Positions 1 through 8,711 of a DNA stretch of 64,000 nt are shown here, piece after piece. Origin of the DNA: Chloroflexota bacterium. GTDB taxonomy: Bacteria; Chloroflexota; Dehalococcoidia; UBA2979. Position 1 is the first letter of the stretch; the number at the start of each line of letters is the position of its first letter. The stretch covers positions 7,331-71,330 of the forward strand of contig CANIRU010000001.1 in the NCBI GenBank assembly GCA_947470025.1. The letters are read 5' to 3'. Position numbers and translations under genes: made by a program. The notes beneath the pieces are model-generated. The model saw only the letters and a list, made by a program, of their open reading frames with translations, had not been told where the DNA came from and did not search any database.

Positions 1-1297
1 TGAACGCGCGCGGTGGCAGCGTGATCGCCGGATCGACGCCGGCGCGCGCGATCGATCCCTCGAGGAGCCGGCGTGCGGCGGCGTAGCGGCTGTGCACCAC
101 GAGTTGCTGCGCGTGGTCCACCGTGCGGTCCATCCGCTCTGGTACGAGCGGCAGTGAGCTGGCGAAGTAGCACGCCACCAGGCGCTGCAGCCGGTCCGGA
201 TCCAGGTGCAGGTGATCGATGTTCTCGCCCTCGCGCATCTCAGCGGCGCGGCGGTTGAGCGTGCGGTACTGCAGCAGCGGCGTGGAGCGCCGGAGCGCGA
301 CCGCGATCAAGGGGATGTTGAACCAGGAGTGCGCGTCGTCCGCGGGCGCGGGGATCGTCGTCAGCACGTTGCGATCCTCCAGCGCGCAGAGCGCGCGCTC
401 CACGGTGGCTTCGGGCAGGGCGGCGACGGTCGCGATCTCCGTGACCGTCGCGGGGCCGCGCAGGACGCCGAGTGCGCGGCCCACGGCGAGCGCGTCGTCG
501 CCGATCTGCTGCAGCGGCGCGATGAGGTCATCGACGAGTGGCCCCGGAACGATCGCCGTCTCTATGAACTCGCTGCCCGTCATCACGCGGCCGCGATCCT
601 GCGGCGGCAGGGCGTTCACGGCCTCGAGGATCTGCACGGCGTGTCCGGCGACGCCGTTGGAGAGCGCGCACACGTCGCGCACAAAGCGGTAGGTCATGAG
701 GCCGGCGCCCAGATGCTCCTGCGCGATCAGCGCGACCTCCTCGTCGGTCAGCGGGCCCACGGAGATCCACTCGGGCCGTGCACGTTTGAGACCGACAATG
801 CCCACGAGGTCGCTGGTGGTGCGGCGTGTGGAGGATCCGTCGCCGATGGTGAGCAGGCAGAAGAAGCCCCCGAGCGGCGGCGACACGATCAGGTCGTGGA
901 GCGCCTCCGCATCGCCGGGCGCGAGCCACTCCGCGTTGTCGACAATCATCGCGACGCCCGCGCGTCCCGCGCCGCCACGCTGGCAGGCAAGCCGGAGGCC
1001 GTGCAACCGCGCAAGGTCATCTGCCGGTGCGTCGTTCCGGACCCCGAGTTGCCGCGTGAGGCGGGCGACTGCGTAGAACGAGAGGCTGGAGAGCTTCGCG
1101 TCCACCTCGGCCACGCGGAACGAGCGCCGTCGTGCTTCCTCCGCGGTCGCTGCGGCGAGGTGGGTCTTGCCCACCAGGGCGCCGCCCCGGAGTACGGCGA
1201 CCGACGGGGTGCCGTCGGCCGCCACATCGAGGAGTCGCGACAGGCGCTGCGCCGCATCGGCACGCCGCAGAGTGGGGCCGGGAGAGTCCGCTATCAA
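1..1297 (-). CDS. Large ATP-binding (AAA/STAND-type, LAL/LuxR-like) regulator, N-terminal part; 3' end lies beyond window start
   Basis: The minus-strand frame codon-aligned with listed + ORF 206..1342 has no stop from 1330 down to position 1 (checked codon by codon), which is why it is absent from the ORF track. Hand translation gives ...LIADSPGPTLRRADAAQRLSRLLDVAADGTPSVAVLRGGALVGKTHLAAATAEEARRR..., i.e. a Walker A GxxxxGKT about 45 aa after a TTG at 1295-1297. The + ORF is R/D/G-rich and antisense-like. Confidence 0.55.
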   Translation of the reverse strand, partial: MIADSPGPTLRRADAAQRLSRLLDVAADGTPSVAVLRGGALVGKTHLAAATAEEARRRSFRVAEVDAKLSSLSFYAVARLTRQLGVRNDAPADDLARLHGLRLACQRGGAGRAGVAMIVDNAEWLAPGDAEALHDLIVSPPLGGFFCLLTIGDGSSTRRTTSDLVGIVGLKRARPEWISVGPLTDEEVALIAQEHLGAGLMTYRFVRDVCALSNGVAGHAVQILEAVNALPPQDRGRVMTGSEFIETAIVPGPLVDDLIAPLQQIGDDALAVGRALGVLRGPATVTEIATVAALPEATVERALCALEDRNVLTTIPAPADDAHSWFNIPLIAVALRRSTPLLQYRTLNRRAAEMREGENIDHLHLDPDRLQRLVACYFASSLPLVPERMDRTVDHAQQLVVHSRYAAARRLLEGSIARAGVDPAITLPPRAF

Positions 1298-1420
1298 CGC
1301 AGTTGTCCCACTTACGTAACGGGGGCGATGTCATACGTATAGCATACGTAGGCATCGCTTCGTACCGGCTCCGTAGGTTATCAGGGCACCGGCCCATGCG
1401 GGCCTCGGGGGAGGGTCTCG

Positions 1421-1756
1421 ATGTCGTTCCGCCAGCGGATTTCGCACGAGCTGCGTGCAGAGGTCGGCGCACGCCTGCGGCTCCTGCGGGAGGAGCGCCA
1501 CATGTCCCAGGAGGAGATCGCGTTCGCCGCGGACGTCACGCAGGCCTCCATCTCGAACTACGAGAACGGCCGCAACGAGATACCCCTGTCGGTCCTCCTG
1601 TCCGTGTGCGACTTCCTCGGCGTACCGCTGACGGAGATGCTGCCGATGGCGAACCTCTACGGCGCGCCGCGCGAGGTGCCCGTAGGCGCCGGCAGCCCCG
1701 GATGGACGCCGCGCGCCGTCCCCGAGTCCTCGTCCGACGCGTTCTGGCCCGTCTAG
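1421..1756 (+). CDS. XRE-family helix-turn-helix transcriptional regulator
   Basis: MSQEEIAFAADVTQASISNYENGRNEIPLSVLLSVCDFLGVPLTEML is a classic HTH_3 (Cro/C1) motif. The ORF is 111 aa. Confidence 0.8.
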   Translation: MSFRQRISHELRAEVGARLRLLREERHMSQEEIAFAADVTQASISNYENGRNEIPLSVLLSVCDFLGVPLTEMLPMANLYGAPREVPVGAGSPGWTPRAVPESSSDAFWPV

Positions 1757-1936
1757 GTTCGAGCCTCGCCCGCCGTCGGAGCGGCGGCGCGCATCGTGCG
1801 CGCTGGACGGTATTTCGCGCGCCCATCACCCGGCCTGATTGAACGCGAGCGCGTACCTCGTATCGTGACGGGTGCACGAGCGTCCCGCTCCTGCCCCAGG
1901 ACTCCCCGACTGGGATTCGCCGGAAGAGAAGAGACC

Positions 1937-2353
1937 ATGCGGATCAGGAAAGAATGGAAGCCCTGGGACCCGTCGGTGGACTTCAAGAAGGTCCCTGGCA
2001 CGATGGGCGTCTACGAGATCGCGGACGAGCAGCACGCGTGCATCTACATCGGCTACGCCGGCGGCACCTCGCCCCATGGGCTTCGAGGTGAGCTGTACCG
2101 CATCTTCGGCATGCCGCCGGGCTCCGAGACGTGGAACTGGTCGCACCCGCAGCCGGACGGCATCGCGCCGGAGCTGAGGCAGCGCGCGCGCTACTACCGC
2201 CTCGAAGAGAACTCCAACGCGTACAGCCGCTGGGTCGAATGCCTCACGCGCTACCGCGAGGACTACGACGACGTACCGGAGCTGAATCACGACGCGCGCG
2301 CACCTCGCGTGCCGTACCTGGGCCGCTATCACTGGAAGAGCGAGGGGATCTAA
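1937..2353 (+). CDS. Small standalone GIY-YIG nuclease-domain protein (UvrC-N-like motif)
   Basis: Internal ATG in ORF 1796..2353 preceded by a purine-rich ggaagagaagag stretch. GVYEI-(10 aa)-YIGYAG-(6 aa)-LRGELYRIF reproduces the GIY...YIG...R core, and later E/N residues (LEENSNAY) are present. GC3 is high. Confidence 0.6.
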   Translation: MRIRKEWKPWDPSVDFKKVPGTMGVYEIADEQHACIYIGYAGGTSPHGLRGELYRIFGMPPGSETWNWSHPQPDGIAPELRQRARYYRLEENSNAYSRWVECLTRYREDYDDVPELNHDARAPRVPYLGRYHWKSEGI

Positions 2354-2355
2354 CG

Positions 2356-3522
2356 ATGGACATGGCACGCTCCGAAGAGCAGCAGATGATCATCGACACC
2401 GTGCGGAAGTTCATCCGCGAGGAGGTGCGTCCGCTCGAAGCCGACATCGACCCCGACGGCTCCGAGGTCAGCCCCGAGGACACCGAGCGCCTTCGCCAGA
2501 TGGTGAAGGACATGGGCATGTGGCAGATGAGCGTGCCCGAGCAGTACGGCGGGCCGGGCATCGACCTCGTGACGCGCACGATGGTCGCGGAGGAGCTGAC
2601 GCAGCACAAGGCAGGCCTCTACGCCCCCGCGTTCGGCGCGTTCGGCGAGGCGCCCCCCGCGCACCTCTACGACGCGACCGATGAGCAGAAGGAGAAGTAT
2701 CTCTACCCCGCGATCCGCGAGGAGAAGCGGCACTTCTTCGGCCTGTCCGAGCCGAGCGGAGGCTCCGACCCGGCGCGCGCGATCCGCACGCGCGCCGTGC
2801 GCGACGGCGACAGCTGGGTCATCAACGGCGGCAAGCTGTGGAACTCCGGCGCCGACACCGCGGACTTCGGGATCATCTACGTGCGCACCGACCCGACGAA
2901 GGGCCGACAGGGCATCACCGCGTTCATCGTCGACACCGACACGCCGGGCTTCAAGGTGAATCGCCTGATCCAGGTGATGCGCGTCTACCACACGACGGAG
3001 CTGTCGTTCACCGACATGCGCGTGCCGCACTCCGCGATCCTCGGCGAGGAGGGCGGCGGGTTCGCGCTCGCCAACGACTACCTCGCGCGGAACCGCATCC
3101 CTTACGCCGCGGAGTGCCTCGGCATTGCGCAGTACGCGCACGAGCTCGCGGTCGAGTGGTCGAAGCAGCGCGTGACGTTCGGCGAGCCGCTGGCGAGCCG
3201 CCAGTCGATCCAGTGGATGCTCGTCGACAACGAGATCGACCTGCGCACCAGCCGCTGGATCGCCCTCGACGCCGCCGCGAAGGCCGAGCGCGGCGAGCCG
3301 TTCCGCTTCGAGTCGTCGATGGCGAAGTTGCTCTGCACCGAGGCGGCGAGCCGCGTCATCGACCGCTCGATGCAGATCTACGGCGGCCTTGGCATGTCGA
3401 AGGACATGCCGTTCGAGCGCTGGTACCGCGAGATCCGCATCCGGCGCATCGGCGAGGGCACCTCGGAGATCCAACGCGTCGTGATGGCGCGCGACCTGCT
3501 CAACGTGCGATCCGGCTCGTAG
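2356..3522 (+). CDS. Acyl-CoA dehydrogenase
   Basis: The ATG at 2356 is in frame within ORF 2131..3522. ...SEPSGGSDPARAIRTRAVRDGDSWVINGGKLWNSGAD...YGGLGMSKDMPFERWYREIRIRRIGEGTSEIQ matches ACAD motifs. Confidence 0.9.
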   Translation: MDMARSEEQQMIIDTVRKFIREEVRPLEADIDPDGSEVSPEDTERLRQMVKDMGMWQMSVPEQYGGPGIDLVTRTMVAEELTQHKAGLYAPAFGAFGEAPPAHLYDATDEQKEKYLYPAIREEKRHFFGLSEPSGGSDPARAIRTRAVRDGDSWVINGGKLWNSGADTADFGIIYVRTDPTKGRQGITAFIVDTDTPGFKVNRLIQVMRVYHTTELSFTDMRVPHSAILGEEGGGFALANDYLARNRIPYAAECLGIAQYAHELAVEWSKQRVTFGEPLASRQSIQWMLVDNEIDLRTSRWIALDAAAKAERGEPFRFESSMAKLLCTEAASRVIDRSMQIYGGLGMSKDMPFERWYREIRIRRIGEGTSEIQRVVMARDLLNVRSGS

Positions 3523-3540
3523 TGGTCGGGAGCCGGAAGC

Positions 3541-3585
3541 CCTCACCCCAACCCTCTCCCACTTCGTGGGCGAGGGGGCCAGAGG
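3541..3585 (+). terminator. C-rich/G-rich hairpin element with UUCG-type loop just 3' of the acyl-CoA dehydrogenase gene (copy 1 of a 3-member family)
   Basis: cctcaccccaaccctctcccacTTCGtgggcgagggggccagagg. Related copies at 22866..22912 and 27519..27556 sit in the same position and orientation relative to an upstream stop codon. Confidence 0.35.
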
Positions 3586-3595
3586 CCGCGCGCTA

Positions 3596-4285
3596 GTGCC
3601 GTCCGAGTGGCTCGAGATCCACGTCCACACGCGCGCGGGGTCGGCTGACTCGAGCATCAGCACCGACAAGCTCGGTGAGGCAGCCGCCGAGGCTGGCGTG
3701 CGCGGCGTCGTGGTCGCGGAGCACTACCGCGTGTGGTCCGAGTGGGAGCGCGAGGCGTTCTTCGACCGCTGGGGCGTCCGCGTCTACCGCGCGATGGAGG
3801 CGACGACGGACGTCGGTCACGTCATCCTGCTCGGCGCGCCGGAGGGGATGTCGGCGCCCTCGAACGGCCGCGAGGTGCTCGCCCACGCGAAGGCCAACGG
3901 GATGTTCGCGATCCTCGCGCACCCGTTCCGCTACTACTTCGACGCGGTGCACGCCGGCGGGCGCCCCGTGTTCCCGCAGGGCGCGACGCCCGAGGACCTC
4001 GCCGCGCACGAGTTGTTCGCGCTGGTCGACGCGATCGAGATCGAGAACGGCGGCAGCAACGATCGCGAGAACGCGATGGCCGCGGAGGTCGCGCGCATCA
4101 CCGGCCTCCCGGTCACCATCGGCAGCGACGCCCACCACGTCCACGAGCTGGGCCGCATCACCCTCCCCGTCCCCGCGATCCCCGCTGACGAACACGAGCT
4201 CGTCGACCTGATCTCCAGCCTCACGATCGCCTCAGTCACCTCGCCCGAGCGCAAGCCGCTTGCCCCCCTCGAGGGCCACGAGTAG
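3596..4285 (+). CDS. PHP-domain metal-dependent phosphoesterase
   Basis: LEIHVHTRAGSADSS...VVAEHYRV...ILAHPFRY...IEIENGG...GSDAHH matches the PHP His/Asp motifs. A GTG start at 3596 avoids overlap with the upstream hairpin element; the ORF track starts at 3566. Confidence 0.7.
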   Translation: MPSEWLEIHVHTRAGSADSSISTDKLGEAAAEAGVRGVVVAEHYRVWSEWEREAFFDRWGVRVYRAMEATTDVGHVILLGAPEGMSAPSNGREVLAHAKANGMFAILAHPFRYYFDAVHAGGRPVFPQGATPEDLAAHELFALVDAIEIENGGSNDRENAMAAEVARITGLPVTIGSDAHHVHELGRITLPVPAIPADEHELVDLISSLTIASVTSPERKPLAPLEGHE

Positions 4286-4454
4286 GGACGAAGCGGCCTC
4301 CGAGGAAGCGCTGTGAGGTATGCGATCCCGGTCGTCGATGCGGTCGTCGGGTGGGCGACCCGCCGGAGGCACGACACCGCGGTGTCGCCCTTGTTGTCGG
4401 TGGAGTGCTGCCAGGCGTGCGGCCTGTCCCGCGCGTGAGGTGGTGAGTCGCGCC

Positions 4455-5246
4455 CTAGAGCTTCGTCCTCAGCACCGCGGGACTCGAGGGCTTCGGGCTG
4501 CCGCCGGCGGGTTCGACCGTCAGCGCGACTTCCTCGCCGCGGGTGAGGGTGAACTCGAAGTCACCCTTCCACCAGCCTTTGGCGTTGGTGTTGCAAGAGC
4601 CGAGGCTCACCCATTTGCCGTCGCGGATCGCCCAGACCTGGTACTGGCGGCCCTCGGGCTGCGCCGTGAGGCCGTCCATCGTCACGGTCACGCGGTCGGA
4701 GCCCTCGATGCCGGCGAAGCGGACGAGCTGGTTCGCGGGGCTGCGCATCTCGTAGGAGTAGCGCACGGCCTGCTGTGCGGCGGGCGCGGTGCGCTGGCCG
4801 ACGTACCAGCCGCCGCCGAACATGACGAGCGCGATCGCGGCGGCGGCTCCGGCGAGCCACCACGGCCCGAATCGTCGCGGCACGCGCGGCATGACGAGGC
4901 GCTCGGGCGCTCCGACCTCGAAGTCATCGCCCTCGAACCCGTCGTAGTCGCCCTCGAGTCGGTCGTCGTCCAGGTCGGCGTCGAGCATGTCGTCCACGGT
5001 CACGCGACGCGGAAGACGCAGCGGGGTCGGGCCAGTGACAGACAGCACGCGGTCGCGCAGGTGCGGCGAGGGGCGTGCGTCGTCATCGAGCAGCGCGAGC
5101 GCCATGCCGGTGGTGCGTAGGTCGACGAGGTCGTCGTCGTGTTCGCGGCACTCGACGAGGTGCGCGCTGACCTCGTCCATCTCGTGGCGGTCCAGCGCGT
5201 CCAGGATATAGCCGGGCAGCAGCTCGCGGGCGTCGTCGCAGTTCAT
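4455..5246 (-). CDS. Anti-sigma factor (zinc-finger, RskA-like) with extracytoplasmic C-terminal domain
   Basis: The N-terminus MNCDDARELLPGYILDALDRHEMDEVSAHLVECREH is a zf-HC2 anti-sigma motif. There is one TM segment (WWLAGAAAAIALVMFGG). It overlaps the upstream sigma gene by 4 bp. Confidence 0.8.
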   Translation of the reverse strand: MNCDDARELLPGYILDALDRHEMDEVSAHLVECREHDDDLVDLRTTGMALALLDDDARPSPHLRDRVLSVTGPTPLRLPRRVTVDDMLDADLDDDRLEGDYDGFEGDDFEVGAPERLVMPRVPRRFGPWWLAGAAAAIALVMFGGGWYVGQRTAPAAQQAVRYSYEMRSPANQLVRFAGIEGSDRVTVTMDGLTAQPEGRQYQVWAIRDGKWVSLGSCNTNAKGWWKGDFEFTLTRGEEVALTVEPAGGSPKPSSPAVLRTKL

Positions 5247-5833
5247 CGCTGCGCCTCCGTCTTCAGCGCCGCGCCGAGTCTCGACATCGCGAGGCGGAGG
5301 CGGCTCTTCACCGTTCCGAGCGGGATCTCCCGGCGCTCCGCGATCTCGCGCAGGGTCAGGGACTCGAAGTACACGCTGTGCACCACCACGCGTTGCTCCT
5401 CCGGCAGCTCCGCCATGATCGCGCGCAGGCGGGCACGGAGGGAGGCCTCCGAGATCGCGGTCACGACCTCGTCGAACGCGGCCTCCGCGCGCTCGTCGAT
5501 CTGCGTCAGCAGGGCGGTATCACCCAGGGGCACGCGCCCTCCTCGACGGCGGCGCACGGCGTCGATTGCTCGACGATGCACCATGGTCATGATCAGCGAA
5601 TCGATCCGCCCGACCGGCTCCAGCGTCGCCGCGCGTTCCCAGAGCTGCGCGAACGCCTCGTGCACGGCGTCCTCCGCCGCAGCGGGGTCGCCGAGCACCC
5701 GCCGCGCCAGAGCGTAGGCGCGCTGCCCGACGGCGTCGTAAAGCTCCCCCAGCGCCTCCGCATCCCCAGCGCGCAGGCGTGCGGCGACCAGGGTGAGCGA
5801 CACGGGCCCGTCAGCACTATCTCGCACGGCCAT
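5243..5833 (-). CDS. ECF (sigma-70 family) RNA polymerase sigma factor
   Basis: Region 2 (...AVHEAFAQLWER...) and region 4 (LTLREIAERREIPLGTVKSRLRLAMSRL) are present. It is translationally coupled to the anti-sigma gene. Confidence 0.9.
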   Translation of the reverse strand: MAVRDSADGPVSLTLVAARLRAGDAEALGELYDAVGQRAYALARRVLGDPAAAEDAVHEAFAQLWERAATLEPVGRIDSLIMTMVHRRAIDAVRRRRGGRVPLGDTALLTQIDERAEAAFDEVVTAISEASLRARLRAIMAELPEEQRVVVHSVYFESLTLREIAERREIPLGTVKSRLRLAMSRLGAALKTEAQR

Positions 5834-6005
5834 TCGCTCTGGATCACCGTCCCGGCTGCGCCGTGGTTGTCAGGGCAGGAGTCTTGTCGTGCTCATGATA
5901 CGCCGGTCCTTCGGCCGTGGTTCTCCTTCAGTGATCCATCAACAGGCGGCCAACGAGTTACCGATGCACAACGACGCTTCGACCGCTCCGGCGCACAGGG
6001 GACGT

Positions 6006-6464
6006 ATGACGCTCGATCCGCTTCGGAGCCCGTCGACCTTCCCTGGCCACGCCACGGGCCCGGGGCCCCAGCTCGTGATCCTCGACTCGCGCGTCGTCTT
6101 CGGCCGGCTGGTTGAGTTGGTGGTCCTCGAAGGTTTCCCGGAGACCCCCGTCCGCACCTTCGCCGACCTGTCCGATGCGGAACGGTGGATCGCGATGCTC
6201 GACGAGCCGGTCGTCGTGCTGACCGACCTCGATGCGTACGCGGAGCTCGTCGTGGAGCGTGCCGCGTCGTGGTCGTCGCGCGCCGGAGCCGTCGCCGTGG
6301 TCGTGCTCGCGGACGAGGAACGTGCCGAGGCGTGCCCATACGCCTTCATGCCGCGACCGACGCACCTCGCGGGGTGGTACGCGTGCATCGCCCGAGCGCT
6401 GAGCCAGCCTGTCGCATGGCATACTGCGAGCCCATGGGTACTCCGTCCCAGCTCCGACGCGTAA
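6006..6464 (+). CDS. Hypothetical protein with degenerate receiver (REC)-like domain
   Basis: QLVILDSRVVFGRLVELVVLEGFPETPVRTFADLSDAERWIAMLDEPVVVLTDLDAY...VVVLADEE is a REC-like pattern lacking the conserved K. GC3 is high. The start is uncertain (ORF track 5793..6464). Confidence 0.4.
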   Translation: MTLDPLRSPSTFPGHATGPGPQLVILDSRVVFGRLVELVVLEGFPETPVRTFADLSDAERWIAMLDEPVVVLTDLDAYAELVVERAASWSSRAGAVAVVVLADEERAEACPYAFMPRPTHLAGWYACIARALSQPVAWHTASPWVLRPSSDA

Positions 6465-7366
6465 CGCTCCTCGCCATCGCGAGTGCGGTGATCACGGTCG
6501 CGTGCTCCTCCGGTGCCCAACGCTCCACACCGACCGCAACCTCGGTGGGCACCGCGAGCGCCTCCGCATCGACGATCCCGTCCGCCAGCGCAGCAACCTC
6601 GAGTTCCGCGGAGGCGCGCACGCCCACCGCAAGCGCCAGCCCGACGGCAACGAGCACGCCGGTCGCCGCGACGGCGGTCCGTGCCGCGCCCCCCGCCGTC
6701 CCCGCGGCACCCGCCGTCACCTCCGGTCGCGCGGTCGAGATCGAGCGCGGGACGCCCTCGAGGCGCGAGGTGGCGTTCACGTTCGACTGCGCCGCGAACT
6801 CCGGGCCGACGGCCGAGATCCTCGATGTGCTGCGCGAGGAGGGCGTGCGCACGACGTGGTTCATGGTCGGCCTGTGGGCGGAGCAGCACCAGGAGCTGAC
6901 GAAGGTGATCGCGCGCGAGCACGAGCTGGCGAACCACTCGTGGGCCCACCCCGACTACCGCGACCTGACGGACGCGGAGATCGTCGCGGACATGGAGCAG
7001 CTCGACCGCTACCTGATCACGCTGACGGGGAAGGGCACGAAGCCGTTGTGGCGCGCGCCCTCCGGCGCACGGGATCAGCGCGTGCTGGAGGCAGCCGCCG
7101 CTGCCGGCTGGCCGCTGCACATCTTCTGGACGATCGGCCGGGACGCGAACGGCTACACCGTCACCGGCGATACCGGCGACTGGCGTGACATCCCCGCCGC
7201 CGAGGTGATGGCGAACACGGTGAAGGCGGCAGGCCTCGGACCGGGCGTGATCACGGTGAGCCACTGCGACAAGCCGTCCACCGCAGCGGTGATGCGCGAG
7301 ACAATCCAGCTCTTCCGCCGCGAGGGCCTGCGTATCGTCACGGTGTCGGAGATGCTCCGCCCGTAG
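6434..7366 (+). CDS. Polysaccharide deacetylase (NodB homology) lipoprotein
   Basis: MGTPSQLRRVTLLAIASAVITVACSSG is a lipoprotein signal, followed by an Ala/Ser/Thr-rich linker and FTFDCAANSGPT...ANHSWAHPD...WRAPSG NodB motifs. Confidence 0.85.
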   Translation: MGTPSQLRRVTLLAIASAVITVACSSGAQRSTPTATSVGTASASASTIPSASAATSSSAEARTPTASASPTATSTPVAATAVRAAPPAVPAAPAVTSGRAVEIERGTPSRREVAFTFDCAANSGPTAEILDVLREEGVRTTWFMVGLWAEQHQELTKVIAREHELANHSWAHPDYRDLTDAEIVADMEQLDRYLITLTGKGTKPLWRAPSGARDQRVLEAAAAAGWPLHIFWTIGRDANGYTVTGDTGDWRDIPAAEVMANTVKAAGLGPGVITVSHCDKPSTAAVMRETIQLFRREGLRIVTVSEMLRP

Positions 7367-7427
7367 CCCGCGGTTGAGATCGAACCGGGCTGCGGCTTCG
7401 CGTCGTACCGTCGAGGTGATCGAGCGC

Positions 7428-7530
7428 GGCGGCCCACCCCTACCCCTCTCGGCGCGGGAGGGGTTCAGAAGAAGAGAACCAACCGTGAGGGGCTGCGCCC
7501 CTCACACTCCGGCGGAATCTGCCAGGCTCC
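7428..7530 (+). repeat. Partial copy of the MITE-like element: left TIR plus conserved core, no right TIR
   Basis: ggcggcccacccctacccctctcggcgcgggaggggttcagaagaagagaaccaaccgtgaggggctgcgcccctcacactccggcggaatctgccag is about 90% identical to the cores at 9915.. and 14465.. Confidence 0.7.
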
Positions 7531-7585
7531 GACCGCCTTCCGGATCCGGACCGCGCTGCGCGCGCCTGCCGCGCGACCGTGTGCG

Positions 7586-8569
7586 CTACGCGGGGACGCC
7601 GAGGTAGCGCAGGATGCCGTCCGCGATGCCCTTCGCGATGGCGTCGCGGACCGTGTCGCTCTTCAACATCGCGGCATCGTCAGGGCTCGAGATGAACAGC
7701 GACTCGAGGAGCGCGGCGGGCATGTTCGTCGCCTCTTTCGCAGCGACCGGCGGGCCGCTCTGCGCACCGCTCTGTCCGCCGCCCGAGGTCGGCGCTCCGC
7801 CGGGCGATAGGACGAAGAGCCCCACGCAGCGCCCATTGAAGTTGCGCCAGCATGCCGCGTCGATGATCCCGCGGTTGGGGGAGGGGTACCCGGCATTCGC
7901 CGCGCCCCTCAACGCACCGTCCAGCAGCTCCTTCGCGAGCCGGTAGTTCTCGTCCGCGAAGGGGCGGCGGCTCTCGTAGTAGACCTCGAAGCAGCGCATG
8001 TTCGGATCGCCCGAGCCGTTCGAGTGGAGCGACACGAAGATGTCCGCGCCGATGCGGTTCGCTGCGCTCACCCGCTGCTGCAGGTCGTTGCGCGTCGAGT
8101 TGCGCGTGTCGCCGTTCGGCGTGACCAGACCCGTCGCGCGCCCGTTGTCCTCGCGCGTGAGGTGCACCTGCACGCCCGCCGCGACGAGGTAGGCGCGCAC
8201 ACGCTACGCCATGTCGAGGTTGGAGTCACGCTCCACGACGCCGTACGCCGCCGCGCCGCTCTCGTCGCCCCCATGGCCGGGGTCGAGCGCCACCAGGAAC
8301 CCGGAGCGATCCGTCCTCGGCGTGCGCGGCTGCGTCGCCGGAACGGGGATCGATCCGACGCGCGCCGATCCGGTGGTCAGCGTGGCGGTCGCCGTCCCCT
8401 CGGTCGCCGCTGCGCTGCTGGACGTGGCCCTGGTCGCGGCGGCGGGTGCGGTCGTCGCACCATCGCGCGGCGGGCTGGCTGTGGGGCCGCAGGCGGCGAG
8501 GAGCAGCGCGATGACCGGCGCCATCATCAGCGCGGAGGCGAGCGCAACAGGGCGACGGGAGCGTGTCAT
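7586..8569 (-). pseudogene. N-acetylmuramoyl-L-alanine amidase (Amidase_3) lipoprotein gene interrupted by an in-frame TAG
   Basis: ORFs 8204..8833 and 7586..8200 are in the same frame, separated by a TAG at 8204-8206 (...ERDSNLDMA*RVRAYLVAAGVQVHLTRED...). The catalytic Amidase_3 domain spans the stop. The lipoprotein signal is MTRSRRPVALASALMMAPVIALLLAACG, with the start at 8569. Confidence 0.55.
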
Positions 8570-8711
8570 CGGTGAACCTTCGTCGTGCCGCTGGGCTCGG
8601 CGGTGAGCATCGAGTGTAAACAAACGTCGAGGGCAGGGTGTTGGCCCTGCCCTCGATCGGTACGTGCGGCACGGCGCGGCGGATGGCTGCGCGGATGTGC
8701 TAGCGAGCGCG

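Noticed and set aside
206-1342. 378-aa + strand ORF
   Set aside because: R/D/G-rich antisense-type composition. The opposite strand in the same codon register encodes a Walker-A regulator, and that strand is open to the window edge.
5939-7264. 441-aa minus-strand ORF
   Set aside because: Antisense to the REC-like gene and the polysaccharide deacetylase. It has Arg/Gly/Asp-rich low-complexity translation and no motifs.
7374-7607. Small ORFs translated from the repeat elements (also 9905..10159, 14450..14839, 14455..14805)
   Set aside because: They arise from the conserved repeat core, and their frames and lengths differ between copies, so the elements are more likely non-coding.
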